A stretch of 60,499 nucleotides of DNA from Clostridia bacterium (GTDB taxonomy: Bacteria > Bacillota > Clostridia > Christensenellales > Borkfalkiaceae). This document shows, in pieces, positions 9,484 through 19,248 of the stretch (position 1 is the first letter of the stretch; each line of letters opens with the position of its first letter). Under the pieces are notes generated by a model, which made no database searches, was not told the origin of the DNA, and worked only from the letters and a program-made list of their open reading frames with translations. The translations under genes were made by a program, and so were the position numbers. The stretch lies in assembly GCA_029061155.1 (NCBI GenBank), contig JAIDSQ010000151.1, positions 1-60,499 of the forward strand. Reading direction: 5' to 3'.

Positions 9484-9588
9484 GAAGATACGAGCAGAAC
9501 GAGGCGCGCGAGTATTCACGAGGGAGCGTACACGGAAGTACGTGACCGAGGGAACACGGAGCGCAACAAAGTTATGCGACGTATATGC
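9484..9588. repeat. Copy C of the ~105-nt intergenic repeat (rpsQ-rplN spacer)
   Basis: Aligns with copies A and B. Like them, it starts a few nt after the stop codon of the upstream minus-strand gene. Confidence 0.85.
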
Positions 9589-9599
9589 AAAGTTTGCTA

Positions 9600-9857
9600 T
9601 TACTTAGCTTTTTCGATAATTTCAGCTACGCGCCAGTTCTTGTCTTTGGACAACTTGCGCGTTTCAACTATTCTTACCGTATCGCCTTCGCCGCACTCGT
9701 TCTTTTCGTCGTGCGCCTTAAAGCGGGTTGTCTTTGTTATTGTCTTTTTATAGAGGGGGTGTTTGCGGTTTTCTCTGACTGCAACGACTACCGTCTTGTC
9801 CATTTTGTCGGAAATAACAATTCCCACTCTTTCTTTACGGAGATTTCTTTCTTCCAT
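9600..9857 (-). CDS. rpsQ: 30S ribosomal protein S17
   Basis: [25 protein letters not shown]... Start moved to the internal Met so the gene no longer overlaps rpmC. Confidence 0.92.
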   Translation of the reverse strand: MEERNLRKERVGIVISDKMDKTVVVAVRENRKHPLYKKTITKTTRFKAHDEKNECGEGDTVRIVETRKLSKDKNWRVAEIIEKAK

Positions 9858-9867
9858 TTTGTTCTCC

Positions 9868-10062
9868 TTACGCCTTCTGCTGTCTTGCACGGATAACCGT
9901 GTTAACGCGGGCGATATCCTTTTTAACGAGGTTTATCGACAGGGGGTTCTCAAGCTGACCGCTTGCATGACGGAAACGAAGATTGAACAGCTCGGTTTTA
10001 AGCTCTTTGAGCTTTTTATCGAGTTCTTCGTCGCTTAAATTAACTATTTCCTTAGCCTTCAT
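9868..10062 (-). CDS. rpmC: 50S ribosomal protein L29
   Basis: [22 protein letters not shown]... The ATG at 10062 is preceded by GAAGGCGG. The track ORF starts at an upstream GTG. Confidence 0.9.
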   Translation of the reverse strand: MKAKEIVNLSDEELDKKLKELKTELFNLRFRHASGQLENPLSINLVKKDIARVNTVIRARQQKA

Positions 10063-10486
10063 TAGCTTCACCGCCTTCTGCTTCTTTCTTTACAAACTTG
10101 CACTTAATGGGAAGTTTGTGACTTGCAAGACGCATAGCCTCCCTTGCAACGTCCTCGGCAACGCCCGCCATTTCAAACATTACTCTGCCGGGTTTAACTA
10201 CCGCTACCCAGTACTCAACCGAGCCTTTACCTGAACCCATACGGGTTTCGGCGGGCTTTTTGGTGATGGGTTTATGAGGGAAAATATCTATCCAGACTTT
10301 ACCGCCACGCTTGATGAATCTCGTCATCGCGATACGCGCAGCCTCTATCTGGTTGGATGTTATCCATGCGCACTCTTCGGCAACGAGTCCGTACTCGCCG
10401 TAAGCAATCTTATTGCCCTTCTGAGCCGTACCCTTCATTCTGCCGCGGTGCTGTCTTCTTCTTTTTACTCTCTTAGGGATTAACAT
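10052..10486 (-). CDS. rplP: 50S ribosomal protein L16
   Basis: 144 aa, [18 protein letters not shown] start. Confidence 0.95.
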   Translation of the reverse strand: MLIPKRVKRRRQHRGRMKGTAQKGNKIAYGEYGLVAEECAWITSNQIEAARIAMTRFIKRGGKVWIDIFPHKPITKKPAETRMGSGKGSVEYWVAVVKPGRVMFEMAGVAEDVAREAMRLASHKLPIKCKFVKKEAEGGEANEG

Positions 10487-10487
10487 A

Positions 10488-11159
10488 TTATTCTTCGCCT
10501 CCGTCCGAGATTATCAGCTTTTTGCCGCCGGTAAGGACTTCACCCTTATAAATCCAGCACTTGATGCCCAGAACGCCGAACGTTGTATGAGCCTCTGCAA
10601 AGCCGTAATCTATATCTGCACGTATCGTTTGAAGGGGAATGGAACCGTCATGATAGCTTTCGCTGCCTGCGATTTCTCTTCCGTCAAGTCTGCCGCCGAC
10701 GGTGATTTTAACACCTTTTACGCCCGTCTTGGAAACTTTTGCAATCTGCTGTTTAACAGCCCTTCTGTAAGATACACGCTTTTCAAGCTGGGATGCTACC
10801 GCCTCCGCAACCAACTGCGCGTCCTGATCGATTTTGTCAACCTTTCTGACGTTTATGATTATTGCCTTACCCTTTGTGAGTTTGGCAAGATCCTTCTTTA
10901 TAACTTCAATCTCAGCGCCTGCCTTACCGATAAGCACGCCGGGTCTGCCGGTATAGATACCTATTTCGACCTTGTTAGCCGCTCTTATAATGGTAATTTT
11001 GCTGATAGCCGCGTCGTAATACTTCTTCTTGATGAAGGTACGGATTTCATTGTCTTCTTTGAGGTTGGCGCCGAAAGACTTCTTGTCGGCATACCACTGG
11101 GTATCCCAAGGCTTTATAACGCCTACTCTTAAACCATGAGGATTAACTTTCTGTCCCAT
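10488..11159 (-). CDS. rpsC: 30S ribosomal protein S3
   Basis: 223 aa, [13 protein letters not shown] start, KH domain. Confidence 0.95.
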   Translation of the reverse strand: MGQKVNPHGLRVGVIKPWDTQWYADKKSFGANLKEDNEIRTFIKKKYYDAAISKITIIRAANKVEIGIYTGRPGVLIGKAGAEIEVIKKDLAKLTKGKAIIINVRKVDKIDQDAQLVAEAVASQLEKRVSYRRAVKQQIAKVSKTGVKGVKITVGGRLDGREIAGSESYHDGSIPLQTIRADIDYGFAEAHTTFGVLGIKCWIYKGEVLTGGKKLIISDGGEE

Positions 11160-11169
11160 ATTCTTCTCC

Positions 11170-11565
11170 TTAAACCTTCTTTGCGTCGAGTATTACGGTA
11201 ATGTGGCTCGTTCTCTTCAGGATTGCATGACCGCGGCCTTTGGAAACGGGCTGCATTCTCTTCAAATGAGGACCGCCGTCCGCGAACGCTTCGGCAACGA
11301 TGAGGTCGCCTCTGTCCATACCGTTGTTATGTTCTGCATTTGCCGCAGCGGAAAGAAGTACTTTCTTAACTTCCAGACTTCCGCCCTTGTTGCAATAGGT
11401 GAGAATAGCCTCCGCCTCTTCAACCGACTTTCCGCGGATAAGAGCGAGAACCGTTCTTACCTTGTAAGGGGAAAGTCTTAAATACTTTGCCGTTGCGTAA
11501 GGACGCTTATCCTTGGTGGCGGCAATTCTTTCAATTTTCTTATTCATATTGCTTGCCATAATCAA
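11170..11565 (-). CDS. rplV: 50S ribosomal protein L22 (exact start ambiguous among the first Met codons)
   Basis: 131 aa, A.AKYLRLSPYKVR..L.LIRGK motif. Confidence 0.92.
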   Translation of the reverse strand: MIMASNMNKKIERIAATKDKRPYATAKYLRLSPYKVRTVLALIRGKSVEEAEAILTYCNKGGSLEVKKVLLSAAANAEHNNGMDRGDLIVAEAFADGGPHLKRMQPVSKGRGHAILKRTSHITVILDAKKV

Positions 11566-11570
11566 ACTCC

Positions 11571-11843
11571 TTACTTCTTGGCGGTTTTAGCCGCGTGTCC
11601 CTTGAATGTTCTGGTGGGAGCGAACTCGCCGAGCTTGCAGCCAACCATATCTTCGGTTACGTATACGGGAACGTGCTTTCTTCCGTCGTAAACCGCAATT
11701 GTGTGTCCTACCATCTGGGGGAATATCGTTGTCGCGCGCGACCAGGTCTTAACGACTTTCTTCTCGCCGGCAGCGTTCATCGCCTCAATTCTTGCCATAA
11801 GTCTTTCTTCGGCATAAGGGCCTTTCTTAACGCTTCTTGACAT
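11571..11843 (-). CDS. rpsS: 30S ribosomal protein S19
   Basis: 90 aa, [10 protein letters not shown] start, [16 protein letters not shown]. Confidence 0.95.
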   Translation of the reverse strand: MSRSVKKGPYAEERLMARIEAMNAAGEKKVVKTWSRATTIFPQMVGHTIAVYDGRKHVPVYVTEDMVGCKLGEFAPTRTFKGHAAKTAKK

Positions 11844-11856
11844 TTTCTATTCCTCC

Positions 11857-12684
11857 TTAATTAATTCTCTTCAAGATAAACTTGGAAGTAGGATTCTTCT
11901 TCTTTCTCGTCTTGTAGCCGAGCGCAGGCTTGCCCCAAGGGGTCATAGGACCTGCATGTCCGACAGGGCTCTTACCTTCACCACCGCCGTGAGGGTGATC
12001 GCAAGGGTTCATGACGGAACCTCTTACCGTAGGCTTAACGCCGAGATATCTCGTCTTGCCGGCCTTGCCGAGGTGGATAATTTCGTGTTCGACGTTGCCC
12101 ACCTGACCGATAGTAGCCTTGCACTTTAACGAAACGAGTCTCATTTCGCCCGAAGGCATTCTGAGCGTTGCGTAAGCACCTTCCTTAGCCATTATCTGAG
12201 CGGAAATACCCGCAGCCCTTGCTATCTGGGCGCCCCTGCCGGGCTGAAGCTCAATCGCGTGAACGATTGTACCTACGGGAATGTCCGCAAGCGCGAGGCA
12301 GTTGCCCGCCTTGATATCAGCGCCGGTACCCGAAAGAACCTTGTCGCCGACCGTAAGACCTACGGGTGCGAGAATGTACTTCTTTTCGCCGTCCGCATAC
12401 GCTAAGAGTGCGATGTGCGCCGACCTGTTGGGATCGTACTGAATACTCTTGACCGTTGCGGGGATACCGTCCTTATTGCGCTTGAAGTCGATAATTCTGT
12501 ATTTTGTTCTGTTTCCGCCGCCGATGTGACGTACGGTTATTTTGCCCTGATTGTTTCTGCCGCCCGTCTTGCGCTTATCGTGGAGCAAGCTTCTTTCGGG
12601 CTTGTCGCCCGTCAGCTCCGTATATGCGCTTACCGTCATAAAACGGCGCGCCGGCGAAGTGGGTCTATACCTTTTTACTGCCAT
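11857..12684 (-). CDS. rplB: 50S ribosomal protein L2
   Basis: 275 aa, GGG.R.KYR..DFKR and [17 protein letters not shown] motifs. Confidence 0.96.
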   Translation of the reverse strand: MAVKRYRPTSPARRFMTVSAYTELTGDKPERSLLHDKRKTGGRNNQGKITVRHIGGGNRTKYRIIDFKRNKDGIPATVKSIQYDPNRSAHIALLAYADGEKKYILAPVGLTVGDKVLSGTGADIKAGNCLALADIPVGTIVHAIELQPGRGAQIARAAGISAQIMAKEGAYATLRMPSGEMRLVSLKCKATIGQVGNVEHEIIHLGKAGKTRYLGVKPTVRGSVMNPCDHPHGGGEGKSPVGHAGPMTPWGKPALGYKTRKKKNPTSKFILKRIN

Positions 12685-12696
12685 TTTCTTTTCTCC

Positions 12697-12987
12697 TTAC
12701 GATAACGAGTTGAAGAACTCAATCGCCTTAGAGTCAGCCGTAAGCTGAACGATTGCCTTCTTGTAGTCGGGTGTGTAACCTTCGTTTCTACCCATTCTTT
12801 TGAGCTTGCCGTGGCAGTTAACGGTGTTGACGCTCTTTACGTCTACCCCGAAAAGCTTTTCAACCGCAAGCTTAATCTGAGTCTTGTTTGCCGATTTAGC
12901 TACTACGAAAGTGTACTTTTTATCGGCTATTCCGTCATATCCCTTTTCAGTGAGAAGGGGTCTTATGATAATATCTTCCGCTACCAT
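12697..12987 (-). CDS. rplW: 50S ribosomal protein L23
   Basis: 96 aa, I.RPLLTEK and V..VNT motifs; position between L4 and L2. Confidence 0.93.
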   Translation of the reverse strand: MVAEDIIIRPLLTEKGYDGIADKKYTFVVAKSANKTQIKLAVEKLFGVDVKSVNTVNCHGKLKRMGRNEGYTPDYKKAIVQLTADSKAIEFFNSLS

Positions 12988-13613
12988 TACTCTCCGTAGA
13001 CCTCCTCTATTTTCTCAACCGCCGCCTTGGTGAGAACCACTTTGGCATTGGCAACCACTTCGTATGTGGATATCTGCTGTACGGGCAGTGTGGAAAGCTT
13101 TTGAATGTTGCTTGCCGCACGGATTACCTTTATATCGTCGTTATCCATAACAACAACAGCCGTCTTGTCAAGCTTTAAAGCTTTCTGGAAAGCTACCATT
13201 TCCTTGGTCTTGCCTTCCTTTACGGAAAGGCTGTCGATTACTACAAGCTCGCCGTCGGCAACTTTCTTGGAAAGTGCGGACACAAGCGCCGCAGCCTTGG
13301 CTTTCTTGTTCATATCCTTGGAGAAGTCGCGGCTCTTGGGTGCGAATACTACGCCGCCCTTAATCCACTGGGGAGCTCTTATAGATCCCTGACGGGCATT
13401 ACCTGTTCCCTTCTGTCTCCAGGGCTTTCTGCCGCCGCCCCTTACTTCCGTACGGGTGAGGGTTGATTTCGTACCCTGTCTTTCGTTGGCAAGTCTTGTT
13501 ACTATCGCCTGATGAATGAGCGGTTCGTTGTATTCTGCACCGAATACCTTCTCACTCAGCTCCATCGTTCCGGCTTCTTTGCCGTCCATTTTGTAAACTG
13601 TAATTTTAGGCAT
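12987..13613 (-). CDS. rplD: 50S ribosomal protein L4
   Basis: 208 aa, [27 protein letters not shown] motif. Confidence 0.95.
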   Translation of the reverse strand: MPKITVYKMDGKEAGTMELSEKVFGAEYNEPLIHQAIVTRLANERQGTKSTLTRTEVRGGGRKPWRQKGTGNARQGSIRAPQWIKGGVVFAPKSRDFSKDMNKKAKAAALVSALSKKVADGELVVIDSLSVKEGKTKEMVAFQKALKLDKTAVVVMDNDDIKVIRAASNIQKLSTLPVQQISTYEVVANAKVVLTKAAVEKIEEVYGE

Positions 13614-13624
13614 CTCTCTACTCC

Positions 13625-14254
13625 TTATTTAACGGTGTCGTTAATCGTAACGACGCTTCCGTTCGGGCCGGGAACCGAGCCTTTGATAAGCAGGCAGTTT
13701 CTTTCAACGTCAACTTTGACAATCTCGAGATTCTGAATAGTTACGTTTTCAACACCGTACTGTCCTGCTAAGTGTTTGTTCTTGAATACTCTCGAAGGCG
13801 AGCTGTTTGCACCCATTGAACCGGGTTCTCTGTGTACGGGGCCAACGCCGTGCGTTTCCTTGAGTCTGTGCTGGTTCCAGCGCTTGATAACGCCCGAATA
13901 GCCGTGACCTTTTGTGACGCCGTGAACGTCTACCTTGTCGCCTGCGGCGAACACGTCCGCCTTAACCTCTTTGCCTACCTCATAGGAAGAAAGGTCTGCA
14001 AGTCTGAATTCTTTCATTACTTTGCAGGGTTTAACGCCTGCTTTCTTGTACTGACCGAGTTCAGGCTTTGAAAGCGCCTTTTCCTTTGCCTCGTCAAAAC
14101 CGAGTTTCAAAGCGGCATAGCCGTCTTTTTCAACAGTTTTGATTTGCACCACGGGGCAGGGACCCGCCTCGATGACGGTTACGGGAATGACTTTCCCTTC
14201 CGGAGTAAAAATCTGAGTCATCCCAGCTTTACGTCCGATGATTGCTTTATTCAT
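13625..14254 (-). CDS. rplC: 50S ribosomal protein L3
   Basis: 209 aa, [10 protein letters not shown] start, [15 protein letters not shown] motif. Confidence 0.95.
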   Translation of the reverse strand: MNKAIIGRKAGMTQIFTPEGKVIPVTVIEAGPCPVVQIKTVEKDGYAALKLGFDEAKEKALSKPELGQYKKAGVKPCKVMKEFRLADLSSYEVGKEVKADVFAAGDKVDVHGVTKGHGYSGVIKRWNQHRLKETHGVGPVHREPGSMGANSSPSRVFKNKHLAGQYGVENVTIQNLEIVKVDVERNCLLIKGSVPGPNGSVVTINDTVK

Positions 14255-14372
14255 TGATAAAGTTCCTCCAAAATATTTTTCTCAGATATCGCGTCTTGCC
14301 GTTGCGCCGTCCTGCCGTCGTCGTAAGCCGTAGAATATCTATATATTAATAATGTTATAGTGCCTTGCCTGA

Positions 14373-14672
14373 TCAAAGCTTGATTTTGATATCAACGCCT
14401 GCGGGAAGGTGAACGGTGTCCAAAAGCTTTGCATTGGGCGTGTAGATATCGATAATTCTCTTATAAGTTCTCTGCTCGAACTGTTCGCGGCTGTCCTTGT
14501 ATTTGTGGGGCGAGCGGAGAATTGTAACTATCTCTCTTTCTGTGGGAAGGGGAATGGGTCCCGAAATTTTCGCACCGCTCTTTTTCATCGTGTCGACAAT
14601 GCGCGCCGCTGCGAGGTCTACGAGTTCGTGGTCGTATGCCGCAAGCTTAATTCTGATTTTCTGTCCTGCCAT
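14373..14672 (-). CDS. rpsJ: 30S ribosomal protein S10
   Basis: 99 aa, KIRIKL.AYDH..VD and GPIPLPT motifs; first gene of the operon. Confidence 0.95.
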   Translation of the reverse strand: MAGQKIRIKLAAYDHELVDLAAARIVDTMKKSGAKISGPIPLPTEREIVTILRSPHKYKDSREQFEQRTYKRIIDIYTPNAKLLDTVHLPAGVDIKIKL

Positions 14673-14900
14673 TTTGTTACTCCTTTTTATACTAACAATT
14701 TTGTATTCGTATCAACTTAACCGTGTGTATCGCAACTTTACTCATAAAAAAACAGCTGCGGTTAGTCGCAGGGATCATGCCCTACATTTGTCAGCGTAAA
14801 TTATCTGTTCCGCCAGCTTTGCGGATTTTGCAGTAACTTCACGCGTCGTCCCTATAAACATGGTCAACAGGCACACTGCCCTTATATGACACGCTAATTT

Positions 14901-14929
14901 ATTATAAAGGCTTGTCAATATAAAGTCAA
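14901..14929 (-). promoter_or_regulatory. Sigma-A type promoter of the S10 operon (TTGACT-17 nt-TATAAT)
   Basis: On the minus strand, TTGACT (14924-14929), a 17-nt spacer, then TATAAT (14901-14906). It lies about 230 nt upstream of the rpsJ ATG. Confidence 0.7.
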
Positions 14930-14995
14930 CGAAATTAACGCCCTTTTTTACAATTTTTTACCATAATTTTTGACATTATTTTATTAATATAAACT

Positions 14996-15025
14996 ACCGC
15001 CCGACGTGAAATCACATCGGGCGGT
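14996..15025 (-). terminator. 9-bp GC-rich hairpin directly after the stop of the 15033-15527 gene
   Basis: accgcccga-N12-tcgggcggt. The U-tract on the minus strand is weak. Confidence 0.5.
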
Positions 15026-15032
15026 ATACTAT

Positions 15033-15527
15033 TTAATTTTCTACTGTAATTTCGCGCTCGAAAGTTTTTCCTCCGTCCCTCGTCTTCCACCAATCACCGT
15101 TTTGATCACGGTAGTCGTCGCTCCATTCACTGCTTTGCGTTAAAATAAATACGTTTCCCTCTTCATCCTTTGCCGTTAAAGATTTCTGCTTTTTCCCTCC
15201 AAAGTAATACATTACGCAAAACATAATGATACCGAACGGACCGATAAGTATAATTAGAGACACTATAAGCAACACGGTACTTAATGCGCCAGATTTTATA
15301 CTGTTTTTGCGGTATGACATATTTAAAAAAATCGAAATAAACAATAATATAAAATAACAAATTGCCATTATTACAGTCGCAGTAATATTTATTTTGTCAG
15401 AACCTCCAAACAAATAGGAAAACAAATAATATACTGCAATTACCCAAAGAACCACTGAAATAAGAAATAAAATTAAGCTTGCTGCTAATTTTTTCTTACA
15501 CGTATTTTTTATCACTTTCATTTCCAT
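15033..15527 (-). CDS. Hypothetical membrane protein (about 4 TM helices plus an acidic, Trp-rich C-terminal tail)
   Basis: 164-aa ORF, visibly AT-rich, hydrophobic N-terminal two thirds. Tail reads SEWSDDYRDQNGDWWKTRDGGKTFE. No family recognised. Confidence 0.6.
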   Translation of the reverse strand: MEMKVIKNTCKKKLAASLILFLISVVLWVIAVYYLFSYLFGGSDKINITATVIMAICYFILLFISIFLNMSYRKNSIKSGALSTVLLIVSLIILIGPFGIIMFCVMYYFGGKKQKSLTAKDEEGNVFILTQSSEWSDDYRDQNGDWWKTRDGGKTFEREITVEN

Positions 15528-15586
15528 ATCTCCTTGTAAAAATATACTGTCTGTATTATATCCTGTAATTGTATAAATTTGTATAG

Positions 15587-15625
15587 TTTCCTACAATGTG
15601 TAGGAAATAAACAAAATGTAGGAAA
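15587..15625. promoter_or_regulatory. Candidate operator: palindrome TTTCCTACA-atg-TGTAGGAAA plus a third TGTAGGAAA half-site
   Basis: Perfect 9-bp inverted repeat at 15587-15607 and a direct copy at 15617-25. It sits in the divergent spacer between the membrane protein and the XRE gene. Confidence 0.55.
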
Positions 15626-15645
15626 TTACATTTAAAATTTTATCA

Positions 15646-15852
15646 ATGACCAACAATTACGCAGGAAAAATAATTAAAGAACTAAGGCTTGAAGAGGGTA
15701 TTTCGCAACGCGAGCTCGGCAACCGCCTTAATGTTTGCAATCAGACGGTAAGCTTTTGGGAAAGCGGACAGAGAGAACCCGACCTGGATACGCTTTTGAA
15801 AATAGCGAAATATTTTCAGGTTTCGACAGACTTCCTGCTCGGCAACGAATAA
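15646..15852 (+). CDS. XRE-family helix-turn-helix transcriptional regulator
   Basis: 68 aa; IKELRLEEGISQRELGNRLNVCNQTVSFWESGQREP is a classic Cro/C1 HTH. Confidence 0.85.
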   Translation: MTNNYAGKIIKELRLEEGISQRELGNRLNVCNQTVSFWESGQREPDLDTLLKIAKYFQVSTDFLLGNE

Positions 15853-15992
15853 CCCGCCCCAGTGCAACAGTGCGCTAAGGCGGGTTCTAATTATAGTTAT
15901 GCAATAATTTTTCTTTTCCCTCTTGAAATTGCGAAATTTTATAGTATAATTGTATTAATAACCGTTTTAACGGGATAAGGGGACAATATATT

Positions 15993-18041
15993 ATGAATTT
16001 TACGGCTAAGGAAATAAAGAACGTCGCCGTCATAGGACACAGCGGCGAGGGTAAAACAACGCTTTGCGAGGCTATGCTTTTCAACGGCGGAGTTATCGAC
16101 AGAATGGGCAAGACCGAAGACGGCACTACCGTTATGGACTATGACGAGCTTGAAAAGGCAAAAAAGCTTTCAATCTACACTTCGGTTTCATACCTTTTAT
16201 GGAAGGGTTACAAAATTAACCTTCTTGATTTACCAGGCTTTTACGACTTCGAGGGCGAGCGCCATGAAGGACTTGCAGCCTGTGCGGGCGCAATTCTAGT
16301 AATAGGCGCCAACGGCGTACTTCCTATCGGTGCGGAAAGCGTAGTCGAATACTGTCTGCGCCTCGGCAAACCGCTTATCATATTCATTAACGGAATGGAT
16401 AAAGCCAACGCGGACTACACCGGCACACTTCACGCGCTCAATGAAAAGTACGCGGGCAAGCTTGCGCCCATACAACTTCCCGTTATGGCTGAAGGCAAGA
16501 TGACGGGCTACGTCAACGTAATTCAGGAAAGGTGCTACAAATTCTCCACGCAGGGACCTCAGGAAGTGCCCGTGCCCAAAAACCTTGTAGACGCCATGAA
16601 CGAAATGCAGGCAAGCCTTATGGAAACGGCGGCTGAAAACGACGAAATTCTTCTGGATAAATACTTCAACGACGGCAAACTTTCCAAAGAGGACGCCGTT
16701 CACGGAATAAGAAAAGGTATTGCAACAGGCAACGTAATACCCGTAATGGCGGGCAGCGCACTTCAGAACAGGGGCGTTATAAACCTTCTGGACGAAATTA
16801 TAAGATATATGCCCGCCGCCAACGAAAGAAAGAACACGCTTGCGACCGACCTTCTCGCTGACGACGTTGTAAACGTTGTGCGCGACCCCGACGGCGCGTT
16901 TGCCGCACAGGTATTCAAGACCGTTTACGACCCCTATTCGGGCAAGCTCAACTATATCAAAGTTTTCCGCGGAACGCTCAAATCTGGAATGACCGTTTAC
17001 AATTCCAACACCGACACCGAGGAGCGCATAGGACAGATATTTATGCTCCGCGGTAAAAAGTGCGAGCTTGTAACCGAACTTGTTGCGGGAGATATAGGCG
17101 CAATCAATAAGCTTTCGGCAACCGACACAGGCAACACTCTTTGCGCCGTCGGCACCAATCTGCGGTTCGACCCCATTCACTTCCCCAAGCCCTCTTTATC
17201 TCTTGCCGTTAACGCGGTAAACAAGGGCGAAGAGGACAAAATGTTCTCTGGCTTTAACAAGATGACCGAGGAAGATTACACATTCTCGATAGAAAAGCGC
17301 GCGGAAACGGGCGAACTTGTATTGAGCGGACAGGGCGAAGTTCATCTTGAAGTACTCGCCAAAAAGCTTAAGGCGCGCTACGGCATAGAAGTTAAACTTA
17401 CCGAACCGCGTATTCCCTACCGCGAGACTATACGCGCCGTTGCAAGCGCCGAAGGCAAGCACAAAAAGCAGTCGGGCGGACACGGACAGTACGGACACTG
17501 CAAAGTGCGTTTCGAGCCGTGCGAGGAAGAATTCGTATTCGGCGACGAAGTCGTGGGCGGAGCAGTTCCCAAGCAGTATATACCCGCGGTTGAAAAGGGC
17601 TTAAAGGAATGTATGTCGCGCGGCGTGCTTGCAGATTACCCCGTGACGGGCGTTAAGGCTGTTTTATACGACGGCAGTTACCACGACGTGGACTCTTCGG
17701 AAATGGCGTTCAAGGCGGCGGCTGCGCTCGCGTTCAAAGAGGGAATCAAGAACGCAAAGCCCGTGCTTTTGGAGCCTGTCGTAAAACTCAAAGTAGCCGT
17801 CAAGGGCGAATACCTCGGCGGAGTTATGGGCGACATATCCAAGAGGCGCGGAAGAATTTCGGACAGTCACACGGAGGGCGAAATCACTACGGTTATAGCC
17901 GAAGTTCCCCTTTCGGAAATTGCCAAGTACTCGACCGATTTAAGGGGTCTCACCCGCGGACAGGGCAAGTTCACTTCTGAATTTTTGCGCTACGAGGAAG
18001 TCCCTCCCCAGCTCGCCGAAAAGATAATAACTAAAAACTAA
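15993..18041 (+). CDS. Elongation factor G paralog (EF-G II-like translational GTPase) with non-canonical G motifs
   Basis: 682 aa with EF-G domain order through the C-terminus. G1 is GHSGEGKT, G3 is DLPGFYDF (Phe where EF-G/EF-Tu have the catalytic His), and G4 is NGMD instead of NKxD. Confidence 0.85.
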   Translation: MNFTAKEIKNVAVIGHSGEGKTTLCEAMLFNGGVIDRMGKTEDGTTVMDYDELEKAKKLSIYTSVSYLLWKGYKINLLDLPGFYDFEGERHEGLAACAGAILVIGANGVLPIGAESVVEYCLRLGKPLIIFINGMDKANADYTGTLHALNEKYAGKLAPIQLPVMAEGKMTGYVNVIQERCYKFSTQGPQEVPVPKNLVDAMNEMQASLMETAAENDEILLDKYFNDGKLSKEDAVHGIRKGIATGNVIPVMAGSALQNRGVINLLDEIIRYMPAANERKNTLATDLLADDVVNVVRDPDGAFAAQVFKTVYDPYSGKLNYIKVFRGTLKSGMTVYNSNTDTEERIGQIFMLRGKKCELVTELVAGDIGAINKLSATDTGNTLCAVGTNLRFDPIHFPKPSLSLAVNAVNKGEEDKMFSGFNKMTEEDYTFSIEKRAETGELVLSGQGEVHLEVLAKKLKARYGIEVKLTEPRIPYRETIRAVASAEGKHKKQSGGHGQYGHCKVRFEPCEEEFVFGDEVVGGAVPKQYIPAVEKGLKECMSRGVLADYPVTGVKAVLYDGSYHDVDSSEMAFKAAAALAFKEGIKNAKPVLLEPVVKLKVAVKGEYLGGVMGDISKRRGRISDSHTEGEITTVIAEVPLSEIAKYSTDLRGLTRGQGKFTSEFLRYEEVPPQLAEKIITKN

Positions 18042-18052
18042 AACACATTATA

Positions 18053-18078
18053 AAAGCCTTCCTTTATAGGAAGGCTTT
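18053..18078. terminator. Bidirectional intrinsic terminator between the convergent EF-G paralog and patB-like genes
   Basis: aaagccttcc-tttata-ggaaggcttt, flanked by A/T runs. Confidence 0.75.
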
Positions 18079-18081
18079 ATT

Positions 18082-19248
18082 TTATTTATTTATATATCCC
18101 TTAACGCCCCTTTCAAACCTTTCAAGTCCGTCTAAAAGCCGCGCCCGCGGACAGGCGAGATTTATCCTGACGAAGGTTTTGCCGTTGCCGCGGTACTGGT
18201 TGCCCGCCGTAACGTAAAGCCCCGTCGTCTTTCTTATATACGAACACAGCTCCTCCGCGTCCGAACATATAGCCGAGCAGTCCAGCCATAAAAGATAAGT
18301 TGCGCTGCGTTTTACTACGGTAATTTTTGAAAGTTTTTTATTGATAAATTCAACCGCCGTTTTTGCGTTTGCGGAAATATATTCCCTCAGCTCGTCAAGC
18401 CACTGTCCGCCCTGAGTGAACGCCGCAACCGTTCCTTCAATCGCAAAGGCGTTTGGTTCGGCGACCTCGTCGCTGTTCAAGCCCCTCACTATTTTGTCGC
18501 GCAAAAATTCGTCGGGAACAATTACCGCCGCGCCTTGCAGCCCCGCAAGGTTGAAAGACTTGCTTGCCGAAACGCAGGTTACGCTCATTTTGGCGCAGTC
18601 TTCGTTTACGTTTGCAAAGGGTACGTAACTTATATCAGGTTCGGTAAGATCGCAGTGAATTTCGTCCGACAGAACGGTTACGCCGTACTTTTTACACAGC
18701 GCCCCAATCCTTTCAAGCTCTTCCCTCTTCCACACTCTGCCCGCGGGATTGTGCGGGTTGCAAAGTATCATCATCGTGGTAAGCGGGTCGGAAAGCTTTT
18801 GTTCGAGGTCGACAAAGTCCATAGAGTATTCGCCGTTTGAATATGCAAGCCTGTTTTCAAGCACGTGCCTGCCGGTGTTTTCTACCGAATGGAAAAATAT
18901 ATCGTATACGGGCGTCTGAATTACAACATTGTCGCCCGCGTTGGTTATTCTTTTAACCGCGCTCGTTATCGCGGGAATTACGCCCGTGCAAAAGCACAGC
19001 CACTCTTCTTTAATGTAAAGTCCGTGCCTTTTCTTCCACCAGTTTGCAACGGCTTTGTACCAGGCGTCGGGAACAATCTGATACCCGAACACCCCAGTAT
19101 CGAGTTTTTTCCGAAGGGCGGATATAACCTCGGGCGCCGCCTTGAAATCCATATCGGCAACCCACATGGGAAGTTCGCCGTCATCAACGTCCCACTTTAA
19201 AGAATTAGTGCCCCGTCTTTCGACAAGCTCGTCGAAGTCGTACTTCAT
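18082..19248 (-). CDS. PLP-dependent C-S lyase / aminotransferase, MalY/PatB family (cystathionine beta-lyase-like)
   Basis: 388 aa, RRGTNSLKWD N-terminus, NPHNP and SASKSFNLAGL (PLP lysine) motifs. Confidence 0.85.
   Translation of the reverse strand: MKYDFDELVERRGTNSLKWDVDDGELPMWVADMDFKAAPEVISALRKKLDTGVFGYQIVPDAWYKAVANWWKKRHGLYIKEEWLCFCTGVIPAITSAVKRITNAGDNVVIQTPVYDIFFHSVENTGRHVLENRLAYSNGEYSMDFVDLEQKLSDPLTTMMILCNPHNPAGRVWKREELERIGALCKKYGVTVLSDEIHCDLTEPDISYVPFANVNEDCAKMSVTCVSASKSFNLAGLQGAAVIVPDEFLRDKIVRGLNSDEVAEPNAFAIEGTVAAFTQGGQWLDELREYISANAKTAVEFINKKLSKITVVKRSATYLLWLDCSAICSDAEELCSYIRKTTGLYVTAGNQYRGNGKTFVRINLACPRARLLDGLERFERGVKGYINK

Noticed and set aside
9328-9896. Plus-strand ORFs (141, 74 and 103 aa) spanning the rplN-rpsQ spacer and repeat copy C
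   Set aside because: The reading frame is not preserved in repeat copy B, which has indels and stop codons. The ORFs also run antisense into rpsQ. The repeat is therefore treated as non-coding.
16296-17870. Antisense ORFs of 294, 100 and 68 aa inside the EF-G paralog gene
   Set aside because: They lie entirely within a well-supported plus-strand gene. Their composition is low-complexity and rich in R, F, V and A, as expected for the reverse frame of a GC-balanced gene, and they have no recognisable motifs.
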